A stretch of 64,000 bases of DNA, taken from Bacteroidota bacterium (GTDB lineage: Bacteria > Bacteroidota > Bacteroidia > Chitinophagales > Chitinophagaceae). Made by a program: the position numbers and the translations under genes. The DNA is taken from assembly GCA_040388705.1 (NCBI GenBank), contig JAZKBI010000016.1, forward strand, positions 13,504-77,503, written 5' to 3'. The first letter of the stretch is position 1. Each line of letters starts with the position of its first letter. Below, one piece after another: positions 48,685 through 58,259 of the stretch. Below the pieces are notes generated by a model that saw nothing but the letters and a program-made list of their open reading frames with translations, had not been told where the DNA came from and did no database searches.

Positions 48685-50532
48685 ATGAGTGATGATATTA
48701 AACACGAATGCGGGCTCGCCTTCATTCGTTTAAGAAAACCCTTCTCCTATTACCTGCAAAAACATGGCGCTGTCACGTACGGGTTAAATAAACTGTACCT
48801 GCTGATGGAAAAACAGCACAACCGCGGGCAGGACGGGGCGGGTATCGCCGCAGTAAAACTCAATGTTGAACCCGGCAATCCATTCTTACACCGCATGCGT
48901 AGTTGTGCACAACAACCCATCGCCGATCTTTTTTTTAAGATAGGACAGGAAATAACGGAACTGGAAAAATACCAGCCGGATATCAAACAACATCCGGGCC
49001 TGATGAAGGGCCACCTACCATTTTTGGGAGAAATACTATTGGGCCATTTACGATATGGTACCCAAGGGAAGAACAATGCTGAATTCTGTCACCCATTTAT
49101 TAAAAGGGATTTGATGCCGGGAAAAAATCTTGCACTTGCGGGAAATTTTAACCTGGTGAATACGGATGAATTGTTCGACCTGATCAATATGGATCCCGGA
49201 GAATTTCAAAAACAAAGCGACCTTGCGGCGATGATGGAAGTCTTGCATCATTTCTTAGCAAAGGAAGACGAAGCGCATCCTAACGCTGCCGATATTGCGA
49301 CTGTTTTGAAAAAAGCAACACCACTGTTTGATGGTGGTTATACAATTGGCGGAGTATTAGGAAACGGCCACAGTTTTGTAATGCGTGATGAACACGGGAT
49401 CCGTCCCGCTTATTATTATATCAATGATGAAGTGATCGTTGCAGCAAGTGAAAGAGCGGCTATCCGCACTACATTCAATGTAGGCGAGAATGAAGTATTG
49501 GAACTGATGCCAGGAACCGCATTGATCGTTGATGACGCAGGCAATTATAAAATAGAAAAGATCCTTGAACCCAAAGAAAGAAGGGCCTGCAGTTTCGAAC
49601 GCATTTATTTTTCACGCGGAAGTGATGAAAAAATTTACCGCGAAAGAATTGCATTGGGTCATCACCTGAGCAAGACCGTTTTGGAAAGTATCAGTTACGA
49701 TCTCAAGAATACCATCTTCTCTTATATACCGAACACCGCCGAAGTTGCTTTTTACGGCCTCGTAAAAGGCATGGAAGAGTATCTCAACAAAATAAAAGTA
49801 GAACGTATACTGAGTTGGGGCAATGATTTCACGCCGGAGAAACTGGAAGAAATGGTAACGCGAAAGATCCGCCAGGAGAAGATCGCGATCAAGGATGTTA
49901 AGCTCCGCACATTCATTACAGAAGACGCGAACCGGAATGAAATGGTGCAACACGTATACGATATCACTTACGGAACTGTTCGCCGCAACGAGGATACACT
50001 AGTAGTAATTGATGACAGCATTGTTCGTGGAACCACTTTAAAAGAAAGTATCGTGCGTATGCTGGCGCGATTGCAACCTAAGAAAATAATTGTTGTTTCA
50101 TCGGCCCCGCAGATCCGTTACCCGGATTGTTATGGAATTGACATGAGTAAACTCGGCGATTTCATCGCTTTTCGCGCAGCCATCGCTTTATTGAAAGAAA
50201 GAAACATGGAAGATGTGCTCACCGAGATCCATGAAAAAATAAAAGAACTGCAACGCAATAATCAATTGCATACTGAGAATGTAGTGCGCCAGGTTTATAA
50301 ACCATTTACCACCCAGGAGATCTCCGACAAGATCGCGCAACTCATTACACCGCCCGAGCTCAATATCGATATACAGGTCATCTATCAAACCATCGAGGAC
50401 CTTCACGATAGTTGCCCAACCAATACAGGTGATTGGTATTTCACAGGAAATTATCCAACACCGGGAGGAAATCGGGTTGTGAACAAAGCTTTCCTAAATT
50501 ATATTGAGGGGAAGAATGTGAGAGGGTATTAG
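48685..50532 (+). CDS. purF: Amidophosphoribosyltransferase
   Basis: Propeptide MSDDIKHE-CG, GHLRYGT, CSFERIYFSR, PRPP motif VVIDDSIVRGTT and PQIRYPDCYGIDM. Confidence 0.93.
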   Translation: MSDDIKHECGLAFIRLRKPFSYYLQKHGAVTYGLNKLYLLMEKQHNRGQDGAGIAAVKLNVEPGNPFLHRMRSCAQQPIADLFFKIGQEITELEKYQPDIKQHPGLMKGHLPFLGEILLGHLRYGTQGKNNAEFCHPFIKRDLMPGKNLALAGNFNLVNTDELFDLINMDPGEFQKQSDLAAMMEVLHHFLAKEDEAHPNAADIATVLKKATPLFDGGYTIGGVLGNGHSFVMRDEHGIRPAYYYINDEVIVAASERAAIRTTFNVGENEVLELMPGTALIVDDAGNYKIEKILEPKERRACSFERIYFSRGSDEKIYRERIALGHHLSKTVLESISYDLKNTIFSYIPNTAEVAFYGLVKGMEEYLNKIKVERILSWGNDFTPEKLEEMVTRKIRQEKIAIKDVKLRTFITEDANRNEMVQHVYDITYGTVRRNEDTLVVIDDSIVRGTTLKESIVRMLARLQPKKIIVVSSAPQIRYPDCYGIDMSKLGDFIAFRAAIALLKERNMEDVLTEIHEKIKELQRNNQLHTENVVRQVYKPFTTQEISDKIAQLITPPELNIDIQVIYQTIEDLHDSCPTNTGDWYFTGNYPTPGGNRVVNKAFLNYIEGKNVRGY

Positions 50533-50628
50533 GATTTTGGAATTTTGGGATTGGGAAATTGGGAAATTTCCATTCGGGCGGCGGGTTTCAGCAATTCCAA
50601 AATTTCCCAATTCCAAAATTCCAAAATC
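50533..50628. repeat. TTGGGAAA octad inverted repeat, copy 2
   Basis: Arms GATTTTGGAATTTTGGGATTGGGAAATT and AATTTCCCAATTCCAAAATTCCAAAATC (1 mismatch in 28), between convergent purF and fabH-like genes. Confidence 0.85.
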
Positions 50629-50632
50629 TTCC

Positions 50633-51712
50633 TCACACCCTGTAACAAATCGCATTAATATTCATCCCCGCTCCAACAGAAGCAAACATGATGATATCAC
50701 CCGGCTCTATTTCGTGGGCGCCGAATTTTTCATGTTTTACAAGATCATATAAAGTAGGGATGGTGGCAACGGAACTGTTGCCGAATTTATGAATACTCAT
50801 GGGCATGATGTCTGAGGGCACATCTTTCAGTCCGTATAATTTGTAAAGCGCTTTTACAAAACCCTCATCCATTTTTTCATTGGCCTGGTGCAGGAAGAAT
50901 TTTTTTACATCGGTTACCTGCAGGCCGCATTTATCCAGACATGCTTTCATAGCCAGCGGAACATTCTTGATGGCGTATTCATATACTTTGCGCCCCTTCA
51001 TTTTCATGTAACGAACATCGGGATCTGCATCGGGAAAATTAGATTTTCCGTATTGAAGAAAAAAGGCTTCATCCACACAATGGCTCTGTACGCTGCAGGC
51101 AAGGATACCACTTTCGGTTTCATCAGCAGGAACTGCTTCGATAATCGTAGCACCTGCGCCATCGCTGAAGATCATACTGTCGCGGTCGTAGATATCGATC
51201 ACACGGCTTAATGTTTCGGCGCCGATGACAAGGCATTTTTTTGCCATGCCTGATTTGATATAGGCATCAGCCTGTATCACGCCCTGTATCCAACCCGGGC
51301 AGCCGAATAAAATATCATACGCAACACAATTTGGATTTCGTATGCCAAGTGATTGTTTTACTCGGGATGATAAGGCAGGTAACGCGTCTGTCTGGATAGT
51401 ATCTTTTAATACGTTCCCGAAATTATGTGCCACAATGATCTGGTCGAGTGTTTCAGGATCAACACCTGAATCTTTGATCGCATTGCGTGCGGCCATAGTG
51501 GCCATGTCAGATGTGTTCATGTCACTATCTGCATAACGCCGTTCTTCAATTCCGGTGATATCCCTGAACTTATCTACAATTTCATTGGGGGCGGCTACAA
51601 TCGGTTGGTGATCTTCTCCATAAAACTGCTGTGTGGCAAAATCCCTGTTGGTTTTGATATTCGGGGGAATATAGCTTCCCGTACCTGTGATCACGGTTCT
51701 TATCTGCGGCAT
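50633..51712 (-). CDS. fabH: Beta-ketoacyl-ACP synthase III (FabH family)
   Basis: Catalytic triad motifs FGCPGW, LHQAN and GNSSVATIP; ITGTGSYIP; TACATTTG promoter on the minus strand at 51790-97. May be a paralog rather than the housekeeping FabH. Confidence 0.85.
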   Translation of the reverse strand: MPQIRTVITGTGSYIPPNIKTNRDFATQQFYGEDHQPIVAAPNEIVDKFRDITGIEERRYADSDMNTSDMATMAARNAIKDSGVDPETLDQIIVAHNFGNVLKDTIQTDALPALSSRVKQSLGIRNPNCVAYDILFGCPGWIQGVIQADAYIKSGMAKKCLVIGAETLSRVIDIYDRDSMIFSDGAGATIIEAVPADETESGILACSVQSHCVDEAFFLQYGKSNFPDADPDVRYMKMKGRKVYEYAIKNVPLAMKACLDKCGLQVTDVKKFFLHQANEKMDEGFVKALYKLYGLKDVPSDIMPMSIHKFGNSSVATIPTLYDLVKHEKFGAHEIEPGDIIMFASVGAGMNINAICYRV

Positions 51713-51844
51713 ACAATGGGTTAGTACTTTTAAAACGAGCTATCGGGTGTACCGCCTGCAGGCGGGCCTGCCTGCCAGTAGCAGGATTTCAAATGTAATA
51801 ATTAATCACACACAAAAAAGCGACCGGCCGTTAGTAAAAGCTAA

Positions 51845-51973
51845 GAGCAGTGAGCTATGAGCCTTGAGCCAAAACCACAAAGCTCACGGCTTCCTGCGTG
51901 GTCACAAAAAAAAGCTGTGAGCTCCCGGTAAAATACCGCCAGGCTCACAGCTCAGGGCTCATAGCTCGCAGCT
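51845..51973. repeat. GAGCTNN heptad inverted repeat, copy 4 (manC/fabH)
   Basis: GAGCAGT GAGCTAT GAGCCTT GAGCC ... GGCTC ACAGCTC AGGGCTC ATAGCTC GCAGCT. Confidence 0.85.
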
Positions 51974-51976
51974 ACC

Positions 51977-53059
51977 TTATAAATATTTATCTCCCTTATT
52001 CCTCTTCACCTCAGCCACATATTCTTTGATCGATTGTTCTTTTTCCTTCTTGCAGATCAGTAATACATCTTTGGTATCTACAATGATAAAATCATCCATA
52101 CCCTGCAATACAACTAATTTTTTATTGGGGGCCGACACCATGCACTTGGTCGCATCGATCACGATTACATTTTCACCGGCCACAGCGTTACCGAGATAAT
52201 CTTTTTCGAGATTATCGTATGCGCTGTTCCATGTACCGAGATCGCTCCACCCAAAAGAAGAAGGGATCACGTACACATTGTCCGCCTTTTCCATGATGGC
52301 AAAATCGATCGAGACGTTGGTGCACAAAGGATAGATGCGGTTAATAGCTTCCTTCTCTTTGGGTGTGTTCAGGTTTTCTTTTTCGCCATCAAACAGGTCG
52401 AACATTTCGGGCTGATACATTTCAAATGCTTTCACCACATTTTTTACCTGCCACACAAAGATGCCCGCGTTCCAGAGAAAATCGCCGCTGGCAAGAAAGG
52501 TCTTGGCCAGTTCAAGATTTGGTTTCTCGGTAAAGGTCTTTACCTTATAAATACCGTCAGCAACAGCCATGGGTTCATGTTGTATATACCCGTAGCCCGT
52601 ATTCGGATGCGTTGGTTTGATGCCTAATGTTACCAAGGATTTGATATGTTTTACGAAATCGAGGGCCTGTATAGTGATCTTGCGAAAATTCTCATTGTCC
52701 AAAATCATATGATCACTGGGCGCTACGATCAGCGATGCTTCAGGATCTTTCTGCAATAACTTAAATGAAATATATGCAACACATGGAGCCGTGTTTTTAC
52801 GGCTTGGTTCGGCAATGATATTTTCCTCAGGTATCCCGGGCAGCTGTTCTTTTACAATATGGCAATACTCCTCAGAAGTAACCACGAAAATGTTCTCTGC
52901 CGGTATAAAGGCCGCATAACGCTCAAATGTCCACTGGATAAGTGATTTCCCTGTATTCAGTATATCAAGAAATTGTTTTGGATAAGCAGTACGACTACTT
53001 GGCCAGAAACGGCTTCCGATACCGCCTGCCATGATCGCAACATAGTGATGCTTGTTCAT
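51977..53059 (-). CDS. manC: Mannose-1-phosphate guanylyltransferase
   Basis: IMAGGIGSRFWPSSR..PKQF, EPSRKNTAPC, PSDH, TFTEKP, WNAGIF and WSDLGTW. Start placed at ATG 53059. Confidence 0.93.
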   Translation of the reverse strand: MNKHHYVAIMAGGIGSRFWPSSRTAYPKQFLDILNTGKSLIQWTFERYAAFIPAENIFVVTSEEYCHIVKEQLPGIPEENIIAEPSRKNTAPCVAYISFKLLQKDPEASLIVAPSDHMILDNENFRKITIQALDFVKHIKSLVTLGIKPTHPNTGYGYIQHEPMAVADGIYKVKTFTEKPNLELAKTFLASGDFLWNAGIFVWQVKNVVKAFEMYQPEMFDLFDGEKENLNTPKEKEAINRIYPLCTNVSIDFAIMEKADNVYVIPSSFGWSDLGTWNSAYDNLEKDYLGNAVAGENVIVIDATKCMVSAPNKKLVVLQGMDDFIIVDTKDVLLICKKEKEQSIKEYVAEVKRNKGDKYL

Positions 53060-53122
53060 TAATTCGAAAGTTAGATAACGGGCAATTTTGCGCTGCAATA
53101 TTACAGGCTTTATTTGTAATTA

Positions 53123-53229
53123 AGCTATGAGCTTTGAGCCATGAGCTGCGAGCCTGGTCTGTGTAACGGGGAAGCGGCCATCAAAATGTTCCAGCCTAGC
53201 TCATGGCTCGTAGCTGATGGCTCAAAGCT
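53123..53229. repeat. GAGCTNN heptad inverted repeat, copy 5 (kdsD/manC)
   Basis: AGCTAT GAGCTTT GAGCCAT GAGCTGC GAGCC ... AGCTC ATGGCTC GTAGCTG ATGGCTC AAAGCT. Confidence 0.85.
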
Positions 53230-53232
53230 TTT

Positions 53233-54195
53233 CTAAACAATTCCTTCCCTCACCAGGTCATGAATATGTAAAATACCCAGGTACTTACCGTTTTCAGCTA
53301 CGATCAACTGGCTGATATCATTATTCCGTAATGTGTCCAGCGCTTCCACGGCCAATAAAGAAGGCTGTATGGTTTTGGGATTGGCAGAGAGGATGTTTTT
53401 TGCGGTGATTGATTGAATATTGTCGCTTCTTTCCAGCATCCTTCTCAGGTCGCCATCGGTAATGATACCTGCTAATTGCCCGTCGGCATCGATAACTGCG
53501 GTTACGCCCAGTCTTTTTTCTGTGATCTCAACGATCACCTCTTTCAAGGTGGCCGAAGGCAATACGGCTGGCTTCTCATTAGCTGTATAAAGGTCGCTGA
53601 CCCTTAGATATAGGCGTTTTCCAAGGTTACCTCCCGGGTGGAACTTTGCAAAATCCTGACCCGTAAAACCATTCAGTTGCATCAGGCAAACAGCCAGCAC
53701 ATCACCCATAACCATCTGGGCCGTGGTGCTGCTGGTGGGGGCAAGGTTATTGGGACAGGCTTCTTTACTTACCGTAGTATTTAACAGGATATCGGCATTT
53801 ACCGCGAGGAAACTCTCCGTATTTCCCACCATCCCTACCAGGGTATTGCCAAAATTTTTGATCAGGGGAACCAATACTTTGATCTCGGGGCTTTCGCCGC
53901 TTTTGCTGATAATCATTACCACATCTCCCTCCTGGATCATACCCAGGTCGCCATGAATGGCATCGGCCGCATGCATAAAAAGAGCAGGCGTACCGGTGGA
54001 ATTCAGCGTAGATACGATCTTCTGGGCCACAATAGCGCTTTTGCCGATCCCACTGATCACCAGGCGGCCTTTTGCTGCATGCACGGTTTGAACGGCTTTT
54101 TCAAAAGAAGCATCGATAAAAGCGGCCAGCCCTGCAACGGATTGGGCCTCTAATTGTATGGTATGCAAGGCGGTTTGAGCGATGGATGAATTCAT
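53233..54195 (-). CDS. kdsD: KpsF/GutQ arabinose-5-phosphate isomerase (SIS plus CBS)
   Basis: SGIGKS, STGTPA.FMH..DA.HGDLG, NLAPTSST and FHPGGNLG. Start placed at ATG 54195 because TACCTTTG overlaps the track's TTG start. Confidence 0.92.
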   Translation of the reverse strand: MNSSIAQTALHTIQLEAQSVAGLAAFIDASFEKAVQTVHAAKGRLVISGIGKSAIVAQKIVSTLNSTGTPALFMHAADAIHGDLGMIQEGDVVMIISKSGESPEIKVLVPLIKNFGNTLVGMVGNTESFLAVNADILLNTTVSKEACPNNLAPTSSTTAQMVMGDVLAVCLMQLNGFTGQDFAKFHPGGNLGKRLYLRVSDLYTANEKPAVLPSATLKEVIVEITEKRLGVTAVIDADGQLAGIITDGDLRRMLERSDNIQSITAKNILSANPKTIQPSLLAVEALDTLRNNDISQLIVAENGKYLGILHIHDLVREGIV

Positions 54196-54412
54196 GGCGA
54201 ACAAAGGTAAACTTTAACGGTTAACCATACATATTGCCATGATACTTCGTTAACTTCGCCATCCTTATTATAAAACTTCCTCCTGACCAGGGAACACTAA
54301 CTGGATTATTGCCTCGCCGGATTGATAACTTTTACACGATAAAGTCCGGAAAATGAAGTATATTATTACCTGTTACTCCCGCGAAGTAGGGAAGAAAATT
54401 GATTTTTGATAC

Positions 54413-56698
54413 ATGGCTACTACTGCAAAAAAAGCAGCTCCCAAAAAAGCTGCACCTTCAAAAAAGACTGCTGCCCCCAAAGCAACACCCGTAAAAATTG
54501 CCCATACCTACGATATTTGCGGTGCACTCGAACAATATTTTGGCTTCCGCGAATTTAAAGGAACACAGGAACTGGCGATCAACAGCGTGTTGAGCGGCCA
54601 GGACACTTTTGTGATCATGCCCACGGGCGGTGGCAAAAGTTTATGTTACCAGTTACCCGCGATGATTATGCCGGGTTGCGCCATTATTGTATCGCCATTG
54701 ATCGCTTTGATGAAGAACCAGGTTGACCTGGTACGCGGTTACAGCGAAAATGATGAAGTAGCGCATTTCCTGAACTCATCACTTAATAAAGGACAGATAA
54801 AAGCCGTTCGCGATGACCTTACTGCCGGCAAGACCAAACTTTTATACGTAGCACCCGAAACGCTCACCAAACAGGAGAACCTCGATTATTTCAGCGACCT
54901 GCAGATCTCTTTCTTCGCGGTGGATGAAGCGCATTGTATTTCTGAGTGGGGCCACGATTTCAGACCGGAGTATAGAAGGCTTCGCGAAATGATGGATATC
55001 ATCAACCCCGATATTCCTGTGGTTGCTTTAACAGCAACTGCAACACCCAAAGTAAAAAGTGATATTGTAAAAAACCTCGGCCTTCGTGAACCGAATATTT
55101 TTCTTTCTTCGTTTAATCGGTCCAATCTCTATTACGAGATACAGCCGAAGATCGAAAAAGAACAAACGATCAAGAGCATAGTTAAATTCATTACTGGTCA
55201 CAAAGGAAAAAGCGGGATCATTTATACGCTCAACCGCAAAACAACGGAAGAACTGGCGGAGATCTTAATGGCCAATGGCATCAAAGCCGTTGCATATCAT
55301 GCCGGGCTTGATCAAAAATTACGTGCAGACAGACAGGATAAATTTTTGAATGAAGATGTGCAGGTGATCGTTGCCACCATCGCATTCGGAATGGGTATTG
55401 ATAAACCGGATATCCGTTACGTGATCCATTTCAATATTCCCAAATCAATAGAAAATTATTACCAGGAAACCGGCCGCGCGGGGCGTGATGGTATGGAAGG
55501 TATTTGTGTGCTGTACTATTCACACAAAGATGTTTCCAAGCTCGAACACCTGATGCGGGATAAACCTTTAAGCGAAAGAGAAGTAGGCGCTCAACTCATT
55601 GATGAAACGGTAGCCTACGCCGAAAGCGCTGTTTGCCGTCGTAAAATACTACTCCATTATTTTGGAGAAGACTGGGACACACCCAATTGCGGCAACTGCG
55701 ATAATTGTAAACATCCGAAAGAAAAAATAGAAGCCAAAGACGAAGTGGTGAAGATGCTGAAAGTGATCAAAGCACTGGACGAACGTTTTACCACCGATTA
55801 CGTGGTGAACGTAGCCATGGGTAAACTCACACCACAGATCAATATTTACCGTCACGATGCTTTGCCCGTTTTTGGAATCAGCACCGACACTGATGCTCAT
55901 TTGCTGAACAGTATGGTGAGACAGATGTTGCTGGAGAACCTCATCAAAAAAGATATTGAAGAATACGGCTTACTCAAGCTCACAGACAAAGGAGAGAAGT
56001 TTATAAAAAAACCAACCTCCTTTAAAATTGTGCTGAACAATTTATTTGAAGACGCACAGTTTGATGAAGATGAAGGAGAGAACGCCTCACAAACAGGCGC
56101 GGCAGCGGATGACAAATTATTCGAGATGCTGAAAGAACTGCGTGGAGTAGAAGCCAAGAAAAAAAGCCTCCCGCCATTCGTGATCTTCCTCGAGAATTCG
56201 CTGCAGGATATGGCCACCATCTATCCCACTACGCTGGAAGAAATGGAAAAATGCCAGGGCGTAAGCAAGGGCAAAGCCATTAAATACGGCAAGCCATTCG
56301 TAGAACTCATCGCGAAATATGTGGAGGAAAACGATATTGAAAAGCCGGATGATTTTGTAATGAAGAGCGTGGCCAATAAAGCCAACAACAAAATTTACAT
56401 CATCCAGAACGTTGATAAAAAAATTCCATTAGAAACCATCGCCAGGAACAAGAGCCTCAAACTCGATGAGCTCCTCGAAGAAATGGAAACCATCGCCGCC
56501 AGCGGCACCAAACTCAACCTCGACTATGCCATCGACGAATGGCTCGATGAATACGACCAGGAAGAGATCATTGAGTATTTCAAAGGTTGTCAAACCTCTT
56601 CCCTCCAAATAGCGCAGGAAGAATTGAGTGAGAATAATTATAACTGGGAGCAGTTGAAAATTATGCGGATCAAGTTTTTGAGTGTGTTTGGGAATTGA
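54413..56698 (+). CDS. recQ: ATP-dependent DNA helicase RecQ
   Basis: [41 protein letters not shown], Zn motif CRRK...CGNCDNC, RQC and HRDC domains. Confidence 0.97.
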   Translation: MATTAKKAAPKKAAPSKKTAAPKATPVKIAHTYDICGALEQYFGFREFKGTQELAINSVLSGQDTFVIMPTGGGKSLCYQLPAMIMPGCAIIVSPLIALMKNQVDLVRGYSENDEVAHFLNSSLNKGQIKAVRDDLTAGKTKLLYVAPETLTKQENLDYFSDLQISFFAVDEAHCISEWGHDFRPEYRRLREMMDIINPDIPVVALTATATPKVKSDIVKNLGLREPNIFLSSFNRSNLYYEIQPKIEKEQTIKSIVKFITGHKGKSGIIYTLNRKTTEELAEILMANGIKAVAYHAGLDQKLRADRQDKFLNEDVQVIVATIAFGMGIDKPDIRYVIHFNIPKSIENYYQETGRAGRDGMEGICVLYYSHKDVSKLEHLMRDKPLSEREVGAQLIDETVAYAESAVCRRKILLHYFGEDWDTPNCGNCDNCKHPKEKIEAKDEVVKMLKVIKALDERFTTDYVVNVAMGKLTPQINIYRHDALPVFGISTDTDAHLLNSMVRQMLLENLIKKDIEEYGLLKLTDKGEKFIKKPTSFKIVLNNLFEDAQFDEDEGENASQTGAAADDKLFEMLKELRGVEAKKKSLPPFVIFLENSLQDMATIYPTTLEEMEKCQGVSKGKAIKYGKPFVELIAKYVEENDIEKPDDFVMKSVANKANNKIYIIQNVDKKIPLETIARNKSLKLDELLEEMETIAASGTKLNLDYAIDEWLDEYDQEEIIEYFKGCQTSSLQIAQEELSENNYNWEQLKIMRIKFLSVFGN

Positions 56699-56727
56699 TC
56701 GCGGATTTGAATATTGATTTTGTGAAG

Positions 56728-56753
56728 AGCCCGTTCTGCATGAGCGGGCTTTT
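56728..56753 (+). terminator. recQ terminator
   Basis: AGCCCGTTC-TGCAT-GAGCGGGCT-TTT. Confidence 0.6.
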
Positions 56754-56850
56754 CTGTGCCTGATAGCTGCCTTTAACTTTTGGAAAGCTTCAAACTTATC
56801 AAAAGTTGTATTGCAATCACAAACGCGATACGGCCACGTCTGGAATAAAA

Positions 56851-56893
56851 GTCAACTCAATTGTCTCCACAGTGCGGAGACAATTGAGTTGAC
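56851..56893. repeat. 18-bp perfect inverted repeat duplicated inside yhcG
   Basis: GTCAACTCAATTGTCTCC-ACAGTGC-GGAGACAATTGAGTTGAC; the core is 28/29 identical (inverted) to 57446-57474. Confidence 0.9.
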
Positions 56894-57158
56894 TGCACTG
56901 TCCACCTTTGCAGATTTACTTCATCGCGGTAATATATCAGTAGGCAAACCGATCTTCCGGAGCGCCGTGTCTAAAAACGGTTGTTTGGCCGAAAAGTTAA
57001 GAGTGTTTTTACATCACTATCAGCGTATTAATACTCTATGAAAAACAAACTCTAATTATTTCCTTTGTTCATAGTGTGATACAGTTAGCGTTTCCCACTA
57101 TGCAAGGTCCACCAAAGAACGAAAACCGATATTAGGATAAACTCCAAACTATGAAGCA

Positions 57159-58202
57159 ATGCCTACAGAAATAAAACCCTCCCGATTTTTAATAGACGAA
57201 ATAAAACTGCTAATCGATGAAAGCAAACAGCGGGTAGCTGTAGCAGTAAATGCGACTTTAACTATGCTTTATTGGAATGTTGGTAGAAAAATAAATGAAG
57301 AGATACTTGCCGATAAACGGGCTGAATACGGCAAACAGATAGTGCAATCACTAGCACTGCAATTACAAGCAGAATATGGTACTGGTTGGAATGAAAAACA
57401 ATTGAGGCATTGTCTCCGCTTTGCAGAGATAATTCAAGACAAACAAATTGTCTCCGCACTGCGGAGACAATTGACCTGGACACATATAAAATCAATAATT
57501 TATATCGATGATGAGCTGAAAAGGGCGTTTTATATTGAAATGTGTAAAATTGAAAAATGGAGTACAAGAACATTACAGGAGCGCATCAATTCCCTGCTCT
57601 ACGAAAGAACTGCTATTAGCAAAAAGCCGGAAGAAACCATTAAGCAGGAATTGGCAATATTCAAACAAACACAACAAATTACACCCGATCTGGTTTTTAG
57701 AGACCCGTACTTTTTAGATTTCTTGGGACTAAAAGATACCTACTCCGAAAGAGATTTGGAGTCAGCAATTGTAGCTGAATTGCAGCGCTTTATTACAGAG
57801 CTGGGTAGCGACTTTTCGTTCTTGGCCCGCCAAAAACGAATAATGGTAGACAATAAAGACTATTATATTGACCTGCTTTTTTATCACAGGCGGTTAAAAT
57901 GTTTAATTGCCATAGATTTAAAAATTGGAAATTTTGATGCGGCCTACAAAGGCGAGATGGAGCTCTACCTGAACTATTTAGAAAAACACGAAATGGTAGA
58001 GGGTGAAAATTTACCTATTGGCCTGCTGCTTTGTACGGGTAAAAGCCCAGAGCATGTTGAACTGTTGCAATTACACAAAAGCAATATAAAAGTAGCCGAT
58101 TACTTTACTATTCTGCCGTCGAAGGAGATATTACTTGATAGGCTGCATAGAGCTATAGATATAGCAAAAAATCAAATAGCCCAAAGAGAAAGTGATCAAT
58201 AA
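57159..58202 (+). CDS. yhcG: YhcG/DUF1016 PD-(D/E)XK nuclease
   Basis: VAVNATLTMLYWNVG, RAEYGKQIV, FRDPYFLDFLGL, FLARQKRI, DLLFYHRRLKCLIAIDLK and PIGLLLC. Confidence 0.92.
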   Translation: MPTEIKPSRFLIDEIKLLIDESKQRVAVAVNATLTMLYWNVGRKINEEILADKRAEYGKQIVQSLALQLQAEYGTGWNEKQLRHCLRFAEIIQDKQIVSALRRQLTWTHIKSIIYIDDELKRAFYIEMCKIEKWSTRTLQERINSLLYERTAISKKPEETIKQELAIFKQTQQITPDLVFRDPYFLDFLGLKDTYSERDLESAIVAELQRFITELGSDFSFLARQKRIMVDNKDYYIDLLFYHRRLKCLIAIDLKIGNFDAAYKGEMELYLNYLEKHEMVEGENLPIGLLLCTGKSPEHVELLQLHKSNIKVADYFTILPSKEILLDRLHRAIDIAKNQIAQRESDQ

Positions 58203-58259
58203 ATTTTCCCGAGATGCGATATGCGAGTGATTGCTTTAACATGCCAATGCAATAAATAT

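Noticed and set aside
37596-53229. Heptad and octad repeats as CRISPR arrays
   Set aside because: The units are 7-8 bp and degenerate, arranged as inverted arms with no regular unique spacers. No cas genes are present.
56811-57041. 76-aa ORF upstream of yhcG
   Set aside because: It has no recognisable homology and spans the palindrome; it is probably spurious.
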